Source of the DNA: an uncultured Planctomycetota bacterium
GTDB taxonomy: Bacteria > Planctomycetota > Planctomycetia > Gemmatales > Gemmataceae
Length of the DNA stretch: 64,000 nt
Direction of reading: 5' to 3'
Assembly (NCBI GenBank): GCA_963849325.1
Contig: CAWKHF010000010.1
Location: forward strand, 160,001 to 224,000
In this document: one piece after another, positions 21,079 to 31,641 of the stretch
How positions within the stretch are numbered: the stretch's first letter is position 1
Layout: each line of letters opens with the position of its first letter
Notes under the pieces: model-generated
Databases searched by the model: none
What the model saw: the letters and a program-made list of their open reading frames with translations, nothing else
Told to the model about the DNA's origin: nothing
Program-made: the position numbers and the translations under genes

Positions 21079-22146
21079 TCACTCACTCCGCCTTCGTTGC
21101 CATTGGCTCAGTGCCGTGTTGACGATGACGATAGCGCCGATGAGGACGTACTTCACCTCCACGGCCACACCGAACAGGTTGACGCCGTTTTCGAGGATGG
21201 CCAGGATGAGCACGCCCAGGAGGGTGCCGGTTACGTTGCCCTGGCCGCCGGACAGGCTCGCTCCGCCGATGACCACGGCCGCGATCACGTCCAACTCCAG
21301 GCCGACGCTGGAGGTCGGATCGCCGCCGCTGCCCTGGGCGAAGACGAGGATGCCGGCCCAGCCCGTCAACAGGCCGGCCAGCACGTAGATCCAGACCTTG
21401 GTGCGTTCGACGGCGATGCCGCACAACCGGGCCGTCGTCTCGCTGGAGCCGATCGCGTAACAGTAACGGCCGAACACCGTCAGCCGCAGCACCAGGGCCA
21501 TGAGCACGGCCAGGGCCAACACGCTCCACACGCCGGGGTCGAACAGGTAGCGATCGACAGTGGCCCGCGCCAGGGCATCGACCCAGCCCGGCCGCGCCCC
21601 CGGAAAGGAGATCGTCTTGCGGCCCGCCAGCCAGACGGCCAGGCCGCGGGCGATGCTCAACATGCCCAGCGTCGCCACGAACGGCGTCACGCGCAACCGC
21701 GTCACGGCCAGGCCGTTGACCAACCCCGCCAGGCCGCCCACGCCGACGCCGACGCTCACCGACGCCAGGCTCGCCGTCGTCGGCCCGTGCCGCGCTTCCA
21801 GCAAGCGATAAATCTGCATCGACACCACCGTCACCAGGGCCACGACGGAGCCGACCGACAGATCGATGCCGCCGCTGAGGATGACGACCAACATGCCCAG
21901 GGCGGTCACCGCCGGCACGCTGCTGGTGTGCAAGAGCACCTGAATGTTCCGCAGGCTCAGAAACGTGGTCAGCTGCCCCTTCCAGTACAGCAGCAGGACG
22001 AACAGGATCAGCACCGCCGCCAGGCCGAGCATGGGGCCGGTCAGCCAGCGCGGTTGGGCCAAGAAGATCGAGGAGGGAAGCGGCGTTGCGGCCTCTTCCA
22101 GGGCCGGGTCGGCGAGAGGCTTGGCGGTGGGGAAGTCATCGGTCAT
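21079..22146 (-). CDS. Sugar ABC transporter permease (RbsC-like)
   Basis: GGIDLSVGS, PFVATLG, FGRYCYAIG, ELDVIAAVVIGGASLSGG. Confidence 0.9.
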   Translation of the reverse strand: MTDDFPTAKPLADPALEEAATPLPSSIFLAQPRWLTGPMLGLAAVLILFVLLLYWKGQLTTFLSLRNIQVLLHTSSVPAVTALGMLVVILSGGIDLSVGSVVALVTVVSMQIYRLLEARHGPTTASLASVSVGVGVGGLAGLVNGLAVTRLRVTPFVATLGMLSIARGLAVWLAGRKTISFPGARPGWVDALARATVDRYLFDPGVWSVLALAVLMALVLRLTVFGRYCYAIGSSETTARLCGIAVERTKVWIYVLAGLLTGWAGILVFAQGSGGDPTSSVGLELDVIAAVVIGGASLSGGQGNVTGTLLGVLILAILENGVNLFGVAVEVKYVLIGAIVIVNTALSQWQRRRSE

Positions 22147-22173
22147 GGTTGTCGTCTCGGTCCCCGATGCCGA

Positions 22174-23259
22174 TTACTTCGACTTCGTGAACTCGGGCGT
22201 CTGGATCTTGCGCTTGGCTTGCAACTCCGGCTCGAACAGTTCGCGCGTCGCCTCGGCGTCGAGATTGTCCTTGGTGACCACGTATTCGCCGGTGCCGAGG
22301 TCGGTGCCGCCGGCGGAAACGTCGAAGCCCTCCAGGTGCTTCACCAGCGTCCACACGCCGAGATAACCCATGCGGTACGGATCCTGAACGATCGTCCCAT
22401 CCACGTCGCCTTCGCGGATCGCTTGCAACAGCGGCTCGGACGAGTCGAAGGTGACGTAGCGCACCTTGCCGTTGAGTCCCTGGCTGCGCAGGGCGATAAG
22501 TAGGCCGGTGGAACTGGACTCATTGACGGCGAATAGGCCGTCCAGCTTGTCCTTGTGGGCCAACAGCAGCGGCCCGGCGTTTTTTTTCGCCTCATCGACG
22601 GTGGCGCCGGCGTACTGGTCCGTGGACAGCAGGGTGATGGCCGGCTCGCCCGCCTTCTTTTGCTTCTCCATCTGCTCGTGGACGTAATCGAGGAATCCCT
22701 GTTCGCGCTGCTCGGTGCTCTCCGAGCCGACGGCATAGCGGAACAGCACCAGGTTCGGGGCCGTCTTGCCCTCCTTGCTCAGCACGTCGAGCAGACGCTG
22801 GGCGGCCAGGCGGCCGCCGTTGTAATTGTTCGTGGCCACGTATTTGACAAGGAGGTTCGGCTTCTGCTTGAGCCGTTCCGGATCGAGTCCCGAATCGATG
22901 AGGACGACCGGAATACCCCTCTCGACCACGGCCTCGACGCAGTCCACCATGCGTTTGCTGTCCTGAGGGGCAAGCACCAGGCCGTTGATGCCGCTGACAC
23001 TTTTCTGTTCGACGAGCTTGATCTGTTCGCGCGTCTCATTCTCCTTCTGCGGGCCGTCCCACTCGACGGTGGTACGGACGCCCTCGGCGCCGAGGTCGGC
23101 GGCGGCGCGTTCGGCGCCGCGGTGGATCGACTGCCAGAACTCGTGGGTCAGTCCCTTGGGAATGACGGCGATGCGGTACTTGGCGTTGTCGGCGGGCCGG
23201 CTGCAACTGCCGAGCAGCAAGCAGGCGACGGCCAGCGTCCGATAAACCCTTGGCGGCAT
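22174..23259 (-). CDS. Sugar ABC substrate-binding lipoprotein (RbsB-like)
   Basis: Lipobox LLGSC; IAVIPKGLTHEFW, VATNN, STEQREQGF, VQDPYRMGY. Confidence 0.9.
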   Translation of the reverse strand: MPPRVYRTLAVACLLLGSCSRPADNAKYRIAVIPKGLTHEFWQSIHRGAERAAADLGAEGVRTTVEWDGPQKENETREQIKLVEQKSVSGINGLVLAPQDSKRMVDCVEAVVERGIPVVLIDSGLDPERLKQKPNLLVKYVATNNYNGGRLAAQRLLDVLSKEGKTAPNLVLFRYAVGSESTEQREQGFLDYVHEQMEKQKKAGEPAITLLSTDQYAGATVDEAKKNAGPLLLAHKDKLDGLFAVNESSSTGLLIALRSQGLNGKVRYVTFDSSEPLLQAIREGDVDGTIVQDPYRMGYLGVWTLVKHLEGFDVSAGGTDLGTGEYVVTKDNLDAEATRELFEPELQAKRKIQTPEFTKSK

Positions 23260-23306
23260 GGAGTCTCCCTTCGATGGTGCCGTGTCTTGGGGCCGGTGGA
23301 GCCTGT

Positions 23307-23387
23307 AAGGTAGTGCCTGTGCCCGGAGGGGTCAAGCAGCGGGAGAGCGCGGGCTGGGGTTGACCGGAACACCGTGCCGAGTACACT
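23307..23387. promoter_or_regulatory. Divergent sigma70-like promoters
   Basis: Minus TTGACC-N17-TACCTT (23335-23307); plus TTGACC-N16-TACACT (23360-23387). Confidence 0.5.
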
Positions 23388-23444
23388 CGGCGGCGCATCC
23401 GTGGACCCGGCATCCGGCAGTTCGGGGCTGAGGATTGAGGGCGG

Positions 23445-24870
23445 ATGGGCATGTTGTTCTGTTCGCGTGAGTTTCTGCTGTTCTTCGCCGTCGTCTTCGC
23501 TCTCTACTGGATGCTCCCGTGGCGGCGGGGCCGTGTGTGGCTACTGCTGACCGCCAGCTTCTTCTTTTACGCCAGCTGGAACAAGGGACTCGCCGTCCTC
23601 ATTGGCGCGTCCACGGTGCTCGATTACCTGCTCGCCCTGGGCATGGAACGTTCCGCCGTGAGCTGGCGGCGCAAGCTGCTGCTGGGTGTGAGCCTGACGG
23701 CGAACCTCGGCTTGCTGTGCTATTTCAAGTACGCCAACTTCTTTCTCGATTCGCTGGCGCAGGCGCTCGGCGCGGCCGGCGTGACGACGGAATTTCGCAC
23801 CCTGGAAGTGATCTTGCCGGTCGGCATCTCCTTTTACACCTTCGAGGCCATCAACTACACGGTGGACGTCTATCGCCGCCGCATCCGCGCCGAGCGCAGC
23901 CTCGGCGATTTCATGCTCTTCATCCTGTTCTTCCCGCACCTGGTAGCCGGCCCCATCGTCCGCGCCCGTGACTTTTTGCCGCAGGTGAAGCGGCCCAAGC
24001 GCTGGGACTGGGCGCGGCTGTATCTGGGCACGGGATACTTCCTCATGGGTCTGGTCAAAAAAATGGCCATCGCCGATCGCATGGCCGAGTACGCCGACCC
24101 CGTCTTCGCCGATCCGTCGGCGTACCGTTCGGGAGCGGTGCTGTTCGCGGTGCTCGCCTACGCGGTGCAGATCTACGGCGACTTCTCCGGCTACACGGAC
24201 ATGGCCATCGGCACCGCCCACATGCTCGGCTACAAACTGGCGCGCAACTTCCACATGCCGTACCTATCGGTTAACGTCGCCGACTTCTGGCGGCGCTGGC
24301 ACATTTCGCTGTCGAGTTGGCTGCGCGATTATCTCTTCATCCCGCTGGGCGGCAGCCGGGGGTCCGGCTGGCAGACGACCCGCAACCTGCTGATCACGAT
24401 GACGCTCGGCGGTCTGTGGCATGGAGCCAGTTGGACGTTCGTTTTCTGGGGCGTGCTGCACGGTCTGTTTCTGATTGTCCATCGTGTTTTCCGCGGCTTC
24501 AGCGAGCGTCGGCCGTGGCTGGATTGGGCGCTGGGGACGTTGCCCGGCACGCTGCTGCGCATGTTGCTGACGTTCCTGTGCGTGGCCGTCGGCTGGGTGT
24601 TCTTCCGCGCCGACGTTCGGCACCGCGCTGACCATCCTGCATCGGCTGGTCGTGCCGAGTCACGGCCTGGGATCGCCGCTGCCGCGCGTCGGTCTGATCG
24701 ACACGCTGCTCTTTATGTGGGTCTGCCATGCGGTAGCCTACTGGGTGCCGTGGAGAAAGTGGTGGCGCGTGCCGGCCCCGATCCAGGGCTTCGCCTACGC
24801 GGCGGCCGTCGTGCTGGCGCAGGTGCTCGCCCCGGACGCCGGCAAGGCGTTTATTTACTTTCAGTTCTGA
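23445..24870 (+). CDS. MBOAT O-acyltransferase (AlgI/DltB-like; frameshift near 24612)
   Basis: LPVGISFYTF, FFPHLVAGPI, DFSGYTDMAIG, FWRRWHISLS, GLWHGA, C-terminal FIYFQF. Confidence 0.9.
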
Positions 24871-24888
24871 GCATCGCCCGAGCCAAGC

Positions 24889-25031
24889 GGATAACAAGGT
24901 GACAAGGTGACAAGGTGACAAGGCGAGAAAATGATACGGTAATGAAACCTACAACATTCGCGCTCCGGACCACTTGGTTCCTGGCTCGGCTGTTCACCTT
25001 GTCACCTTGTCACCTTGTCACCTTGTCATCC
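24889..25031. repeat. Inverted tandem-octamer hairpin (GACAAGGT)n/(ACCTTGTC)n
   Basis: 38-bp arms 24889-24926 and 24994-25031 with 2 mismatches, 67-bp spacer. Confidence 0.9.
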
Positions 25032-26219
25032 GTGAAGCGGGGCGAGCGGCGACTGACCCGCCCAGCTCGGGCGGCGCTGCTGTGGGGTCTGGCGTTCCTC
25101 GCCGTCAGTGAGGTCGCCCTGGTGATCGCCACGCAGGGGCGGCGAGGAGAGCTGCGCGACCCGGAGTTCGGCTACAAGCTGGCTCGTCTGCGCCAACATC
25201 GGGCGGCCGAGCCGGAGCGCCCGCTGCTGGTCGTGCTGGGTTCGTCGCGCACCGGACAGGGCTTTCGTCTCGGCGTGCTGCCCGAGTGCCGGACGCTAGA
25301 CGGTCGTTCGCCGTTCGCGTTCAATTGCAGCCTGGTCGGCTCCGGGCCGCTCGCGGAGTTCCTCTGTCTGCATCGCTTGCTGGACGAGGGCATTCGCCCA
25401 GACTGGTTGGCCATCGAGATCCTGCCCGCCTTGCTGGGCCGCGTGTTCGACACCTGCGGCCATCCCGACGTCGGCGTCAGCCGCTTGACCTGGAGCGATG
25501 TGCGCTGCCTAACCCCTTACGTCCCGGACCCTGGCTCCCTGGCGCGCCACTGGATCGAGGCGCAACTGGCCCCCTGGTACGCCCATCGTTTCCCGCTCAT
25601 GAACGAATACGCCCGCGATTTCCTCCCCTGGCGTCTGCGCGTCGATCAATGGAAAGCCGTGGACGCCTGGGGATGGTCGGACATCGGCGTCGATACCGAA
25701 AACCCGGTGAAAGACCCGCGCGCCTTGGAAGTGGCCCGCCAAACCTATCAGGACGAGTTGAAGCACTTTCACATCATGCCGAAGCAGGACCGGGCGCTGC
25801 GCGACCTGATCGCGCTGTGCCGGCGCGAGCGCATCCCCGCCGTGCTGTATCTCATGCCCGAAGGCCGCCTGTTCCAGAGCTGGTACGTGCCGGCGACACG
25901 CGCCTGCCTGGAGGAATATCTGACCGGGATCAGCCGCGAATGGGACATTCCGATCGTCGATGCCCGCAACTGGATCGCCGACGAATACTTCGCGGACGGC
26001 CATCATCTGGACCGTCGCGGGGCGACGCGGTTCACCCGCCGCTTCGGCGACGAAGTGATCTCCTTCCTCGTGCAAGGCAAGCTCGACGCTATCCGGTCCG
26101 TCCTTGTGCCGATCCGTGGGCCGTCCCCCGAGAACCCGCGCGAATCGTCTCCTCGGCTCGAAACGAAGGTCCGTCCGGCGCAACCTCCTCCTCCCACTCT
26201 CTCTCTCCACGGACGATAG
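24942..26219 (+). CDS. SGNH-like (DUF1574/AlgJ/DltD-like) membrane-anchored protein
   Basis: N-terminal TM helix; LGSSR block I; FADGHHL (DxxH); start may be GTG 25032. Confidence 0.7.
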   Translation: MKPTTFALRTTWFLARLFTLSPCHLVTLSSVKRGERRLTRPARAALLWGLAFLAVSEVALVIATQGRRGELRDPEFGYKLARLRQHRAAEPERPLLVVLGSSRTGQGFRLGVLPECRTLDGRSPFAFNCSLVGSGPLAEFLCLHRLLDEGIRPDWLAIEILPALLGRVFDTCGHPDVGVSRLTWSDVRCLTPYVPDPGSLARHWIEAQLAPWYAHRFPLMNEYARDFLPWRLRVDQWKAVDAWGWSDIGVDTENPVKDPRALEVARQTYQDELKHFHIMPKQDRALRDLIALCRRERIPAVLYLMPEGRLFQSWYVPATRACLEEYLTGISREWDIPIVDARNWIADEYFADGHHLDRRGATRFTRRFGDEVISFLVQGKLDAIRSVLVPIRGPSPENPRESSPRLETKVRPAQPPPPTLSLHGR

Positions 26220-26385
26220 TGACGGTCTTGTACACGGGAAACGGCAGACGGCACGGTTGAGGATTTTTCGCCTTGACAGCGAGGGGTCGCAGGTTTGAGC
26301 TATCTGTATTGGGGCGCACCCGAAGCGGGGTATGAGGGTTCTCGCGCACTCGAAGAACAAGTTCGGCGAACAAGGAGGTGCTGTT

Positions 26386-26820
26386 ATGCGGGTTTTGATG
26401 GTCCTTGGTTCTACTCTGTTCCTGTGTGTGAGCGCCGGCCGTGCGGCAGACGAGGATCAGGCAGCGGTTCACAAGAATGCGGAGAAGTACCTGGCCGCGC
26501 TGCTCCAACGGGACAAGGTAACGCTGCAATCCCTCCTCCACAAACGTTACGAGGGGCGATCCCTGCCTGGACTTGCCGGAATGGCAAGCTGGGACAAGGT
26601 ACAAGCCATTGCTCACTGGACCGACCCCAACACAACCTTCACGCGCTTGACTGGGAAAATCGAGAGTGTCCGGCTGTTTGGAGACACAGCCATTGAGACA
26701 GGCACCCTGTCTGCCAATCGGAAGGAGTATGGTGGGGACTCAACCTGGGCCGACCTTGGTTATACGCGCGTTTGGGTGAAAGAAGGGAAGGTGTGGCGGT
26801 TGGTTCACGAACAGTTTTGA
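26386..26820 (+). CDS. Secreted NTF2-like (DUF4440) protein
   Basis: Signal peptide; VRLFGDTAIETG, YTRVWVKEGKVWRLVHEQ. Confidence 0.75.
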   Translation: MRVLMVLGSTLFLCVSAGRAADEDQAAVHKNAEKYLAALLQRDKVTLQSLLHKRYEGRSLPGLAGMASWDKVQAIAHWTDPNTTFTRLTGKIESVRLFGDTAIETGTLSANRKEYGGDSTWADLGYTRVWVKEGKVWRLVHEQF

Positions 26821-26921
26821 GGGAGAAAGTGCTGAAGAAGGCACTGCGGTAGAGACGCCGGCTTCCCTTGGAATGCTTCCCGGTGATAACCAAATCGTCT
26901 CGAAGTACACCGAGGTTTCTT

Positions 26922-27152
26922 ATGAACGAGCCATGGCGATCACGGATCACCATCGAGCCGGGCAAGCGTGGCGGCCGTCCGTGCATCCGCGGCATGCGTA
27001 TCACTGTTTACGACGTCCTCTCCTATCTGGCAGCCGGAATGACCGTTGCCGAAATTCTCGATGACTTCTCGTACCTCACGCCAGAGGACATCCAAGCCTG
27101 TTTCGCTTTTGCCGCGGAGCGGGAGCGGAGTACGTTGGTCGCGGTCGCATGA
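26922..27152 (+). CDS. DUF433 antitoxin
   Basis: RITIEPGKRGGRPCIRGMRITVYDVLSYLAAG...EDIQAC. Confidence 0.9.
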   Translation: MNEPWRSRITIEPGKRGGRPCIRGMRITVYDVLSYLAAGMTVAEILDDFSYLTPEDIQACFAFAAERERSTLVAVA

Positions 27153-27481
27153 AGCTGCTTTTCGACCAAAACTTGTCGCCGAAGTTGGTCAACCGCTTGG
27201 CCGACTTGTTCCCTGGCTCCAGTCACGTACAGTCGGTGGGGTTGGATTGCGCCGACGATGATAAGGTATGGGAGCATGCCCGGCTGAATGGGTTCGTCCT
27301 TGTAACCAAGGACGCAGACTACAATAACCTGAGCGTGCTGCGGGGCAGTCCACCGAAGGTAATCTGGCTGCAATTGGGGAACTGCACGACCGCCCAGGTG
27401 GAAGCGGCGTTTCGTGCTCGCTTCGCTGCCATCGAAGCGTTCGAGAACGATCCCTCTGTAGGAACACTCGTGTTGAGTTGA
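27149..27481 (+). CDS. DUF5615 PIN-like toxin
   Basis: MKLLFDQNLS, LVTKDADY, PPKVIWLQLGN; ATGA overlap with DUF433. Confidence 0.9.
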   Translation: MKLLFDQNLSPKLVNRLADLFPGSSHVQSVGLDCADDDKVWEHARLNGFVLVTKDADYNNLSVLRGSPPKVIWLQLGNCTTAQVEAAFRARFAAIEAFENDPSVGTLVLS

Positions 27482-27532
27482 TCGGGTGGCCGCAACCCGA
27501 ATCCATGCCTTCCTTGAAGGCGTCCGATTCGG

Positions 27533-28219
27533 CTAAAGAAGGAATGTCTCCAGAAGCCGGCGGGGAACGCCCATGTCGATGACATGGACCTGGCCCAGCC
27601 ACGCGGCAGCGGACGGCTGAAGGAAGCCTTTCTTCAGGACGGCGACGGTGGCCGTATGCCGCGCCCGCACGGCGATTCCCAGTGGCAACCCGGTGTCACT
27701 ATCGAGTCCGCTGGGGACATCGACGGCAAAGACGCGGGCCGAGGCGACGTTGAGAGCGGCGATGACGCGATCGTAAGGCGGTCGAACTGAACCGGCCAGA
27801 CCGCTGCCGAAGAGGGCGTCCACGATCCAGTCGGCCCCGGCCAGTTCTTGCCGCAGTCTCTCCTCCTCAATGGCCGATCCGGCGAAGACTTCCACCGGCA
27901 TGCCGGCGGCGGCGAGGATGCGATGCTGGATCGCGGCATCTCCACCCAGTTTGGTGGGATCGGCGAACAGCAGAACGCGCACGGCGATGCCGGCATTGTC
28001 CAGGTGGCGAGCGATCACGAAGCCGTCGCCGCCGTTGTTGCCCTTGCCGCAGCAGATGACGACCGGCCCATTGATGCCGAGTCCACGCAGCAACTCCGCC
28101 ATGCCGCGGCCGGCGTTCTCCATCAAGACGACGCCGGGAACGCCGAACTCGTCGATGGCGCGGCGGTCCAGCTCGCGCGTCTGCTCTCGCGTCAGGATCA
28201 ACGGTCCTCGTGTCGTCAT
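27533..28219 (-). CDS. nnrE: NAD(P)H-hydrate epimerase
   Basis: [32 protein letters not shown]. Confidence 0.9.
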   Translation of the reverse strand: MTTRGPLILTREQTRELDRRAIDEFGVPGVVLMENAGRGMAELLRGLGINGPVVICCGKGNNGGDGFVIARHLDNAGIAVRVLLFADPTKLGGDAAIQHRILAAAGMPVEVFAGSAIEEERLRQELAGADWIVDALFGSGLAGSVRPPYDRVIAALNVASARVFAVDVPSGLDSDTGLPLGIAVRARHTATVAVLKKGFLQPSAAAWLGQVHVIDMGVPRRLLETFLL

Positions 28220-29206
28220 CGGCTGATCCGCAGTCCCGGGCCTTTCAACAGCGCCTCGACCTCGGCGCGGCGTGATCCAGGCGAAATCGCCGGGGATCGA
28301 GTGCTTGAGGGCGCTGGCGGCCACGCCGTAATCGAGGCCCTTCTGCAGATCGCCGTCGAGCAGGCCGTGGATCAGGCCCGCCGCGAACGAATCGCCGGCG
28401 CCGAGGCGATCGACGATCTCCACCTCGTAGGTCGCGCGTCTGCAGGACGCGGCCGTCCTGGTAGGCGATGGCCGTCCAGTTGTTCTTCCACACCAGCGGG
28501 TTGTCGCGCAGGGTGATGGCCACGACGCGGAGCGGGAAGCGGCGGGCCGTCTGGGCGGCGGCGTCCTCGTAGTCCTTGCCGCGTGATGCCGAAGACACGC
28601 TCGATGTCCTCCTCGGTCGTGACGAGCACGTCGCAGAACTGCCATCAGCTCGGTCATGCAGCGGCCGGCCTCGGCCTGGCTCCACAGCTTGACGCGATAA
28701 TTCAGGTCGATGCTCGTCGGCACGCCGGCGGCGCGGGCGGCCTGCAGCGCCTCGCGCGTCGTCTCGGCGGCGGTCGCGCTCAGGGCCGGCGTGATGCCGG
28801 TGACGTGGAACCACTTGACGCCGGCGAACACCTTCGGCCAGGCGACCATGCCCGGACGGATGTCGGCGATGGCCGCGCCCTTGCGGTCGTAGAGCACGCT
28901 GCTGGCGCGCGGGGCGGCGCCGAACTCCAGGAAGTAAACGCCGACGCGGTCCTCCGGCGTCCAGACGACGTGCTCGGTCGAGACGCCGGCCTCGCGGGCG
29001 TGGTTGGCGATGAGCCGGCCGAGCGGGTTGTCGGTCAGGCGCGACACCCAGGCGGTCGAGCGGCCCAGGCGCGCCAGGGCGACGGCGGTGTTCAACTCGG
29101 CGCCGCCGACCTGCACGTCGAGGCTGTGCGCCTGCTCCAGGCGGCGGAAGTTCGGCGGACTGAGGCGGACCATCGCCTCGCCGAAGGTGATCGACGTCAT
29201 AGGCAT
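28216..29206 (-). CDS. kdgK: PfkB sugar kinase, 2-keto-3-deoxygluconate kinase-like (frameshifted)
   Basis: [39 protein letters not shown]; downstream of eda. Confidence 0.8.
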
Positions 29207-29222
29207 GGCAACTCGCGGAAAT

Positions 29223-29294
29223 GGGTAGGGATAGGGAATAGGGATCGGGAGTAGGGAGAATCTTCTTTACCTATTCCCGACACCCTATTCCCTC
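29223..29294. repeat. Degenerate inverted heptamer hairpin (AGGGAAT)n/(ATTCCCT)n
   Basis: GGGATAGGGAATAGGGATCGGGAGTAGGG...CCTATTCCCGACACCCTATTCCCT. Confidence 0.7.
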
Positions 29295-29932
29295 TTTGTT
29301 TGCTGCACGATGGCGACGTACTGGCGGGCCAGGTCGCGGATGCGGTCGAAGTCGCCGTCGGCGACGGCCTTGCGGCTCGACGAGCTGGCTGCCGACGCCG
29401 AGGCAGCAGGCGCCGGCCCGGAGGAAGTCGGCGGCGGTGGTCAGGTCCACGCCGCCGGTCGGCATCAGGCGAATCTGCGGCAGCGGCCCGCGCATCGCCT
29501 TGAAGAACGCCGGCCCCACCACCTCGGCGGGGAAGACCTTCACGATGTCGGCCCCCGCCTCCCACGCCGTCAGGATCTCGGTCGGCGTGAAGGCGCCGGG
29601 CATGACCAGCTTGTCGTAACGCTGACACAGGCGGATCACGTCGAGGTTGAGCGTCGGCGCGACGAGGTATTCGGCGCCGGCCAGCAGGGCGGCGCGGGCC
29701 GTCTCCGGGTCGAGGATGGTGCCGGCGCCGAGCAGGATGCGGTCGCCCAGGGCGTGGCGCACCTGCCGCAGCACGTCGAGGGCGTCGGGCACGGTCATGG
29801 TGATCTCGACGACCGTGACGCCGCCGTCGGCCAAGCCCGTACCACCTCGACGAGCTGCTGGCTGTCCGGCGAACGGACGACGGCGACGATGCCGCAGTCG
29901 AGGACGCGGCGGAGGTGGGTTTCCTTGCTCAT
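29285..29932 (-). CDS. eda: KDPG/KHG aldolase (frameshifted)
   Basis: IVAVVR, VEITMT, GAGTILD, PGAFTPTE, VKVFPA, MPTGGV. Confidence 0.9.
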
Positions 29933-30141
29933 GGTTCGTGGCTCGCGGGGCGGCGTCGGGTGGTCCCGTGGCGCTATTGTGCGACTCGCAAGCCTCGATG
30001 GAAAGAGGGCGGCTCGCAGAGACGCTTTGTTGCCGATTTCTTCTTGATCGAAAGATCGGGGCCGAGTCTAATTCGAGAATCGCCTCGTGAGCGGCCTGCG
30101 AAACTCGAACCCTCCCTCCTTCCGGCTTGAGGCGCCCCGCC

Positions 30142-31553
30142 ATGAATCAATCGACTTCTCCGCACGAGATGGCGTATTCGTGTACACGGCGTCGCTGGCT
30201 TCAGCGTTGCGGACTTGGCTTGCTGGGCGGCCTGTCGTTGCCGAACTATCTCGCTCTTCGCGGCCGGGCGGCGGAGCCAGCGGCGGCCGGCGCCGGCTTC
30301 GGAAAGGCACGGGCCTGCATCGTCCTGTATTGTTGGGGCGGAGTCAGCCATCTCGACACCTGGGATCCCAAGCCGCACGCGCCGGCGGAGGTTCGCGGCG
30401 AGTTCCGGACCATCGCTACCCCCGTCCCCGGCGTTCGCTTCGGCGAACACATGCCGCGGCTGGCTCGGCGAATGAATCGCCTGGCGGTCGTTCGCTCGCT
30501 GCATCATCACTGCACGGCGCACGGCAAGTCGATGTACTGGAACCGAACCGGACATCCTCCGCCGCAGCCGGAGAGTCCAACCAACCTGCCGCCCTCCGCC
30601 AACGAATGGCCGGACCTGGGAGCGCAGGTGGCGCGGAAGCGGCGAGGCCAGCGGGGCATGCCGGGGTCCGTGCAGGTTCCGTATCCCCTGGTGGACAACG
30701 ACACCTTGCAGGCCGGTGATGCTCCCGGTTGGCTGGGTAATGCTTACGCTCCCCTGATGGTGCGTCCCTAGCGCGGTACGCCGTATGCCGGCGTCTCGCG
30801 CGATCCGGGCGGCATGTTGCTGCGGCTGACCGACGACGTCGATGCCGCACGCTTGCAGGCTCGGCGTCACTTGAGCCAGCGACTGGAAAGCTCGACCGCC
30901 GACAACGCCGACGTTCGCGGTTGGACGCGCTTCCAGGAGCAACGCCGCCGATCTGCTGAGCAATCCGCACATCCAGCGCACGCTCGATCTGGACCAGGAA
31001 CCGCCCTCGGTTCGCGACCGTTACGGCGAGCACATCTGCGGTCAAAGTCTGCTGCTGTCGCGGCGGTTGGTCGAGTCGGGCGTGCCCATCGTCACGGTCA
31101 TTTGCTCTGCCGGCGATCTCAACGGCGGCAGCGGCGATAACTGGGACACGCACGGCGAGAATTTTCCGCGTCTGAAAAACGCCTTGCTGCCGCCGTTGGA
31201 TCAAGGTTCGTCCGCCCTGCTCGACGACTTGGCGGATCGCGGCCTGCTGGAGACCACCCTCGTCGTGTGGCTGACCGAATTCGGCCGCACGTCCTCGCAT
31301 GATGGGGACTGGACGCAATCATTATCCCTTCTGCTATTCGGTGGCCCTCGCCGGCGGAGGCATTCGCGGCGGTCAGGTTTACGGCCGTTCCGACAGCCAG
31401 GGCGCTCATCCGCTCGATTTTCCTTGCGGACCCGGCGACCTGCACGCCACCATTCTCCACGCTCTGGGCATTGCCCTCGATTCGACGCTGATCGACGTTC
31501 AGGGACGGCCGCTGACAATCGGCGACGGCCGACCGTTGCCGCTGTTCTCGTAA
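30142..31553 (+). CDS. DUF1501 domain protein (in-frame TAG 30769-30771 and frameshifts)
   Basis: TRRRWL; GGVSHLDTWDPKP, LLSRRLVESG, WDTH, TEFGRT, GRNHY. Confidence 0.85.
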
Positions 31554-31562
31554 AGAAAATGC

Positions 31563-31591
31563 TTGCCTCGGTTCGCCCGACGGAACATAAT
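31563..31591 (+). promoter_or_regulatory. Sigma70-like promoter
   Basis: TTGCCT-N17-CATAAT. Confidence 0.5.
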
Positions 31592-31641
31592 CGATCTTGC
31601 AGTTCGGAGGAGGGCCGTCAACACATCTCGGGAGACTACCC

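Noticed and set aside
27533-29206. KdgK-NnrE fusion (557-aa ORF)
   Set aside because: Created by frameshifts; kdgK has its own TGA overlapping the nnrE ATG at 28216-28219
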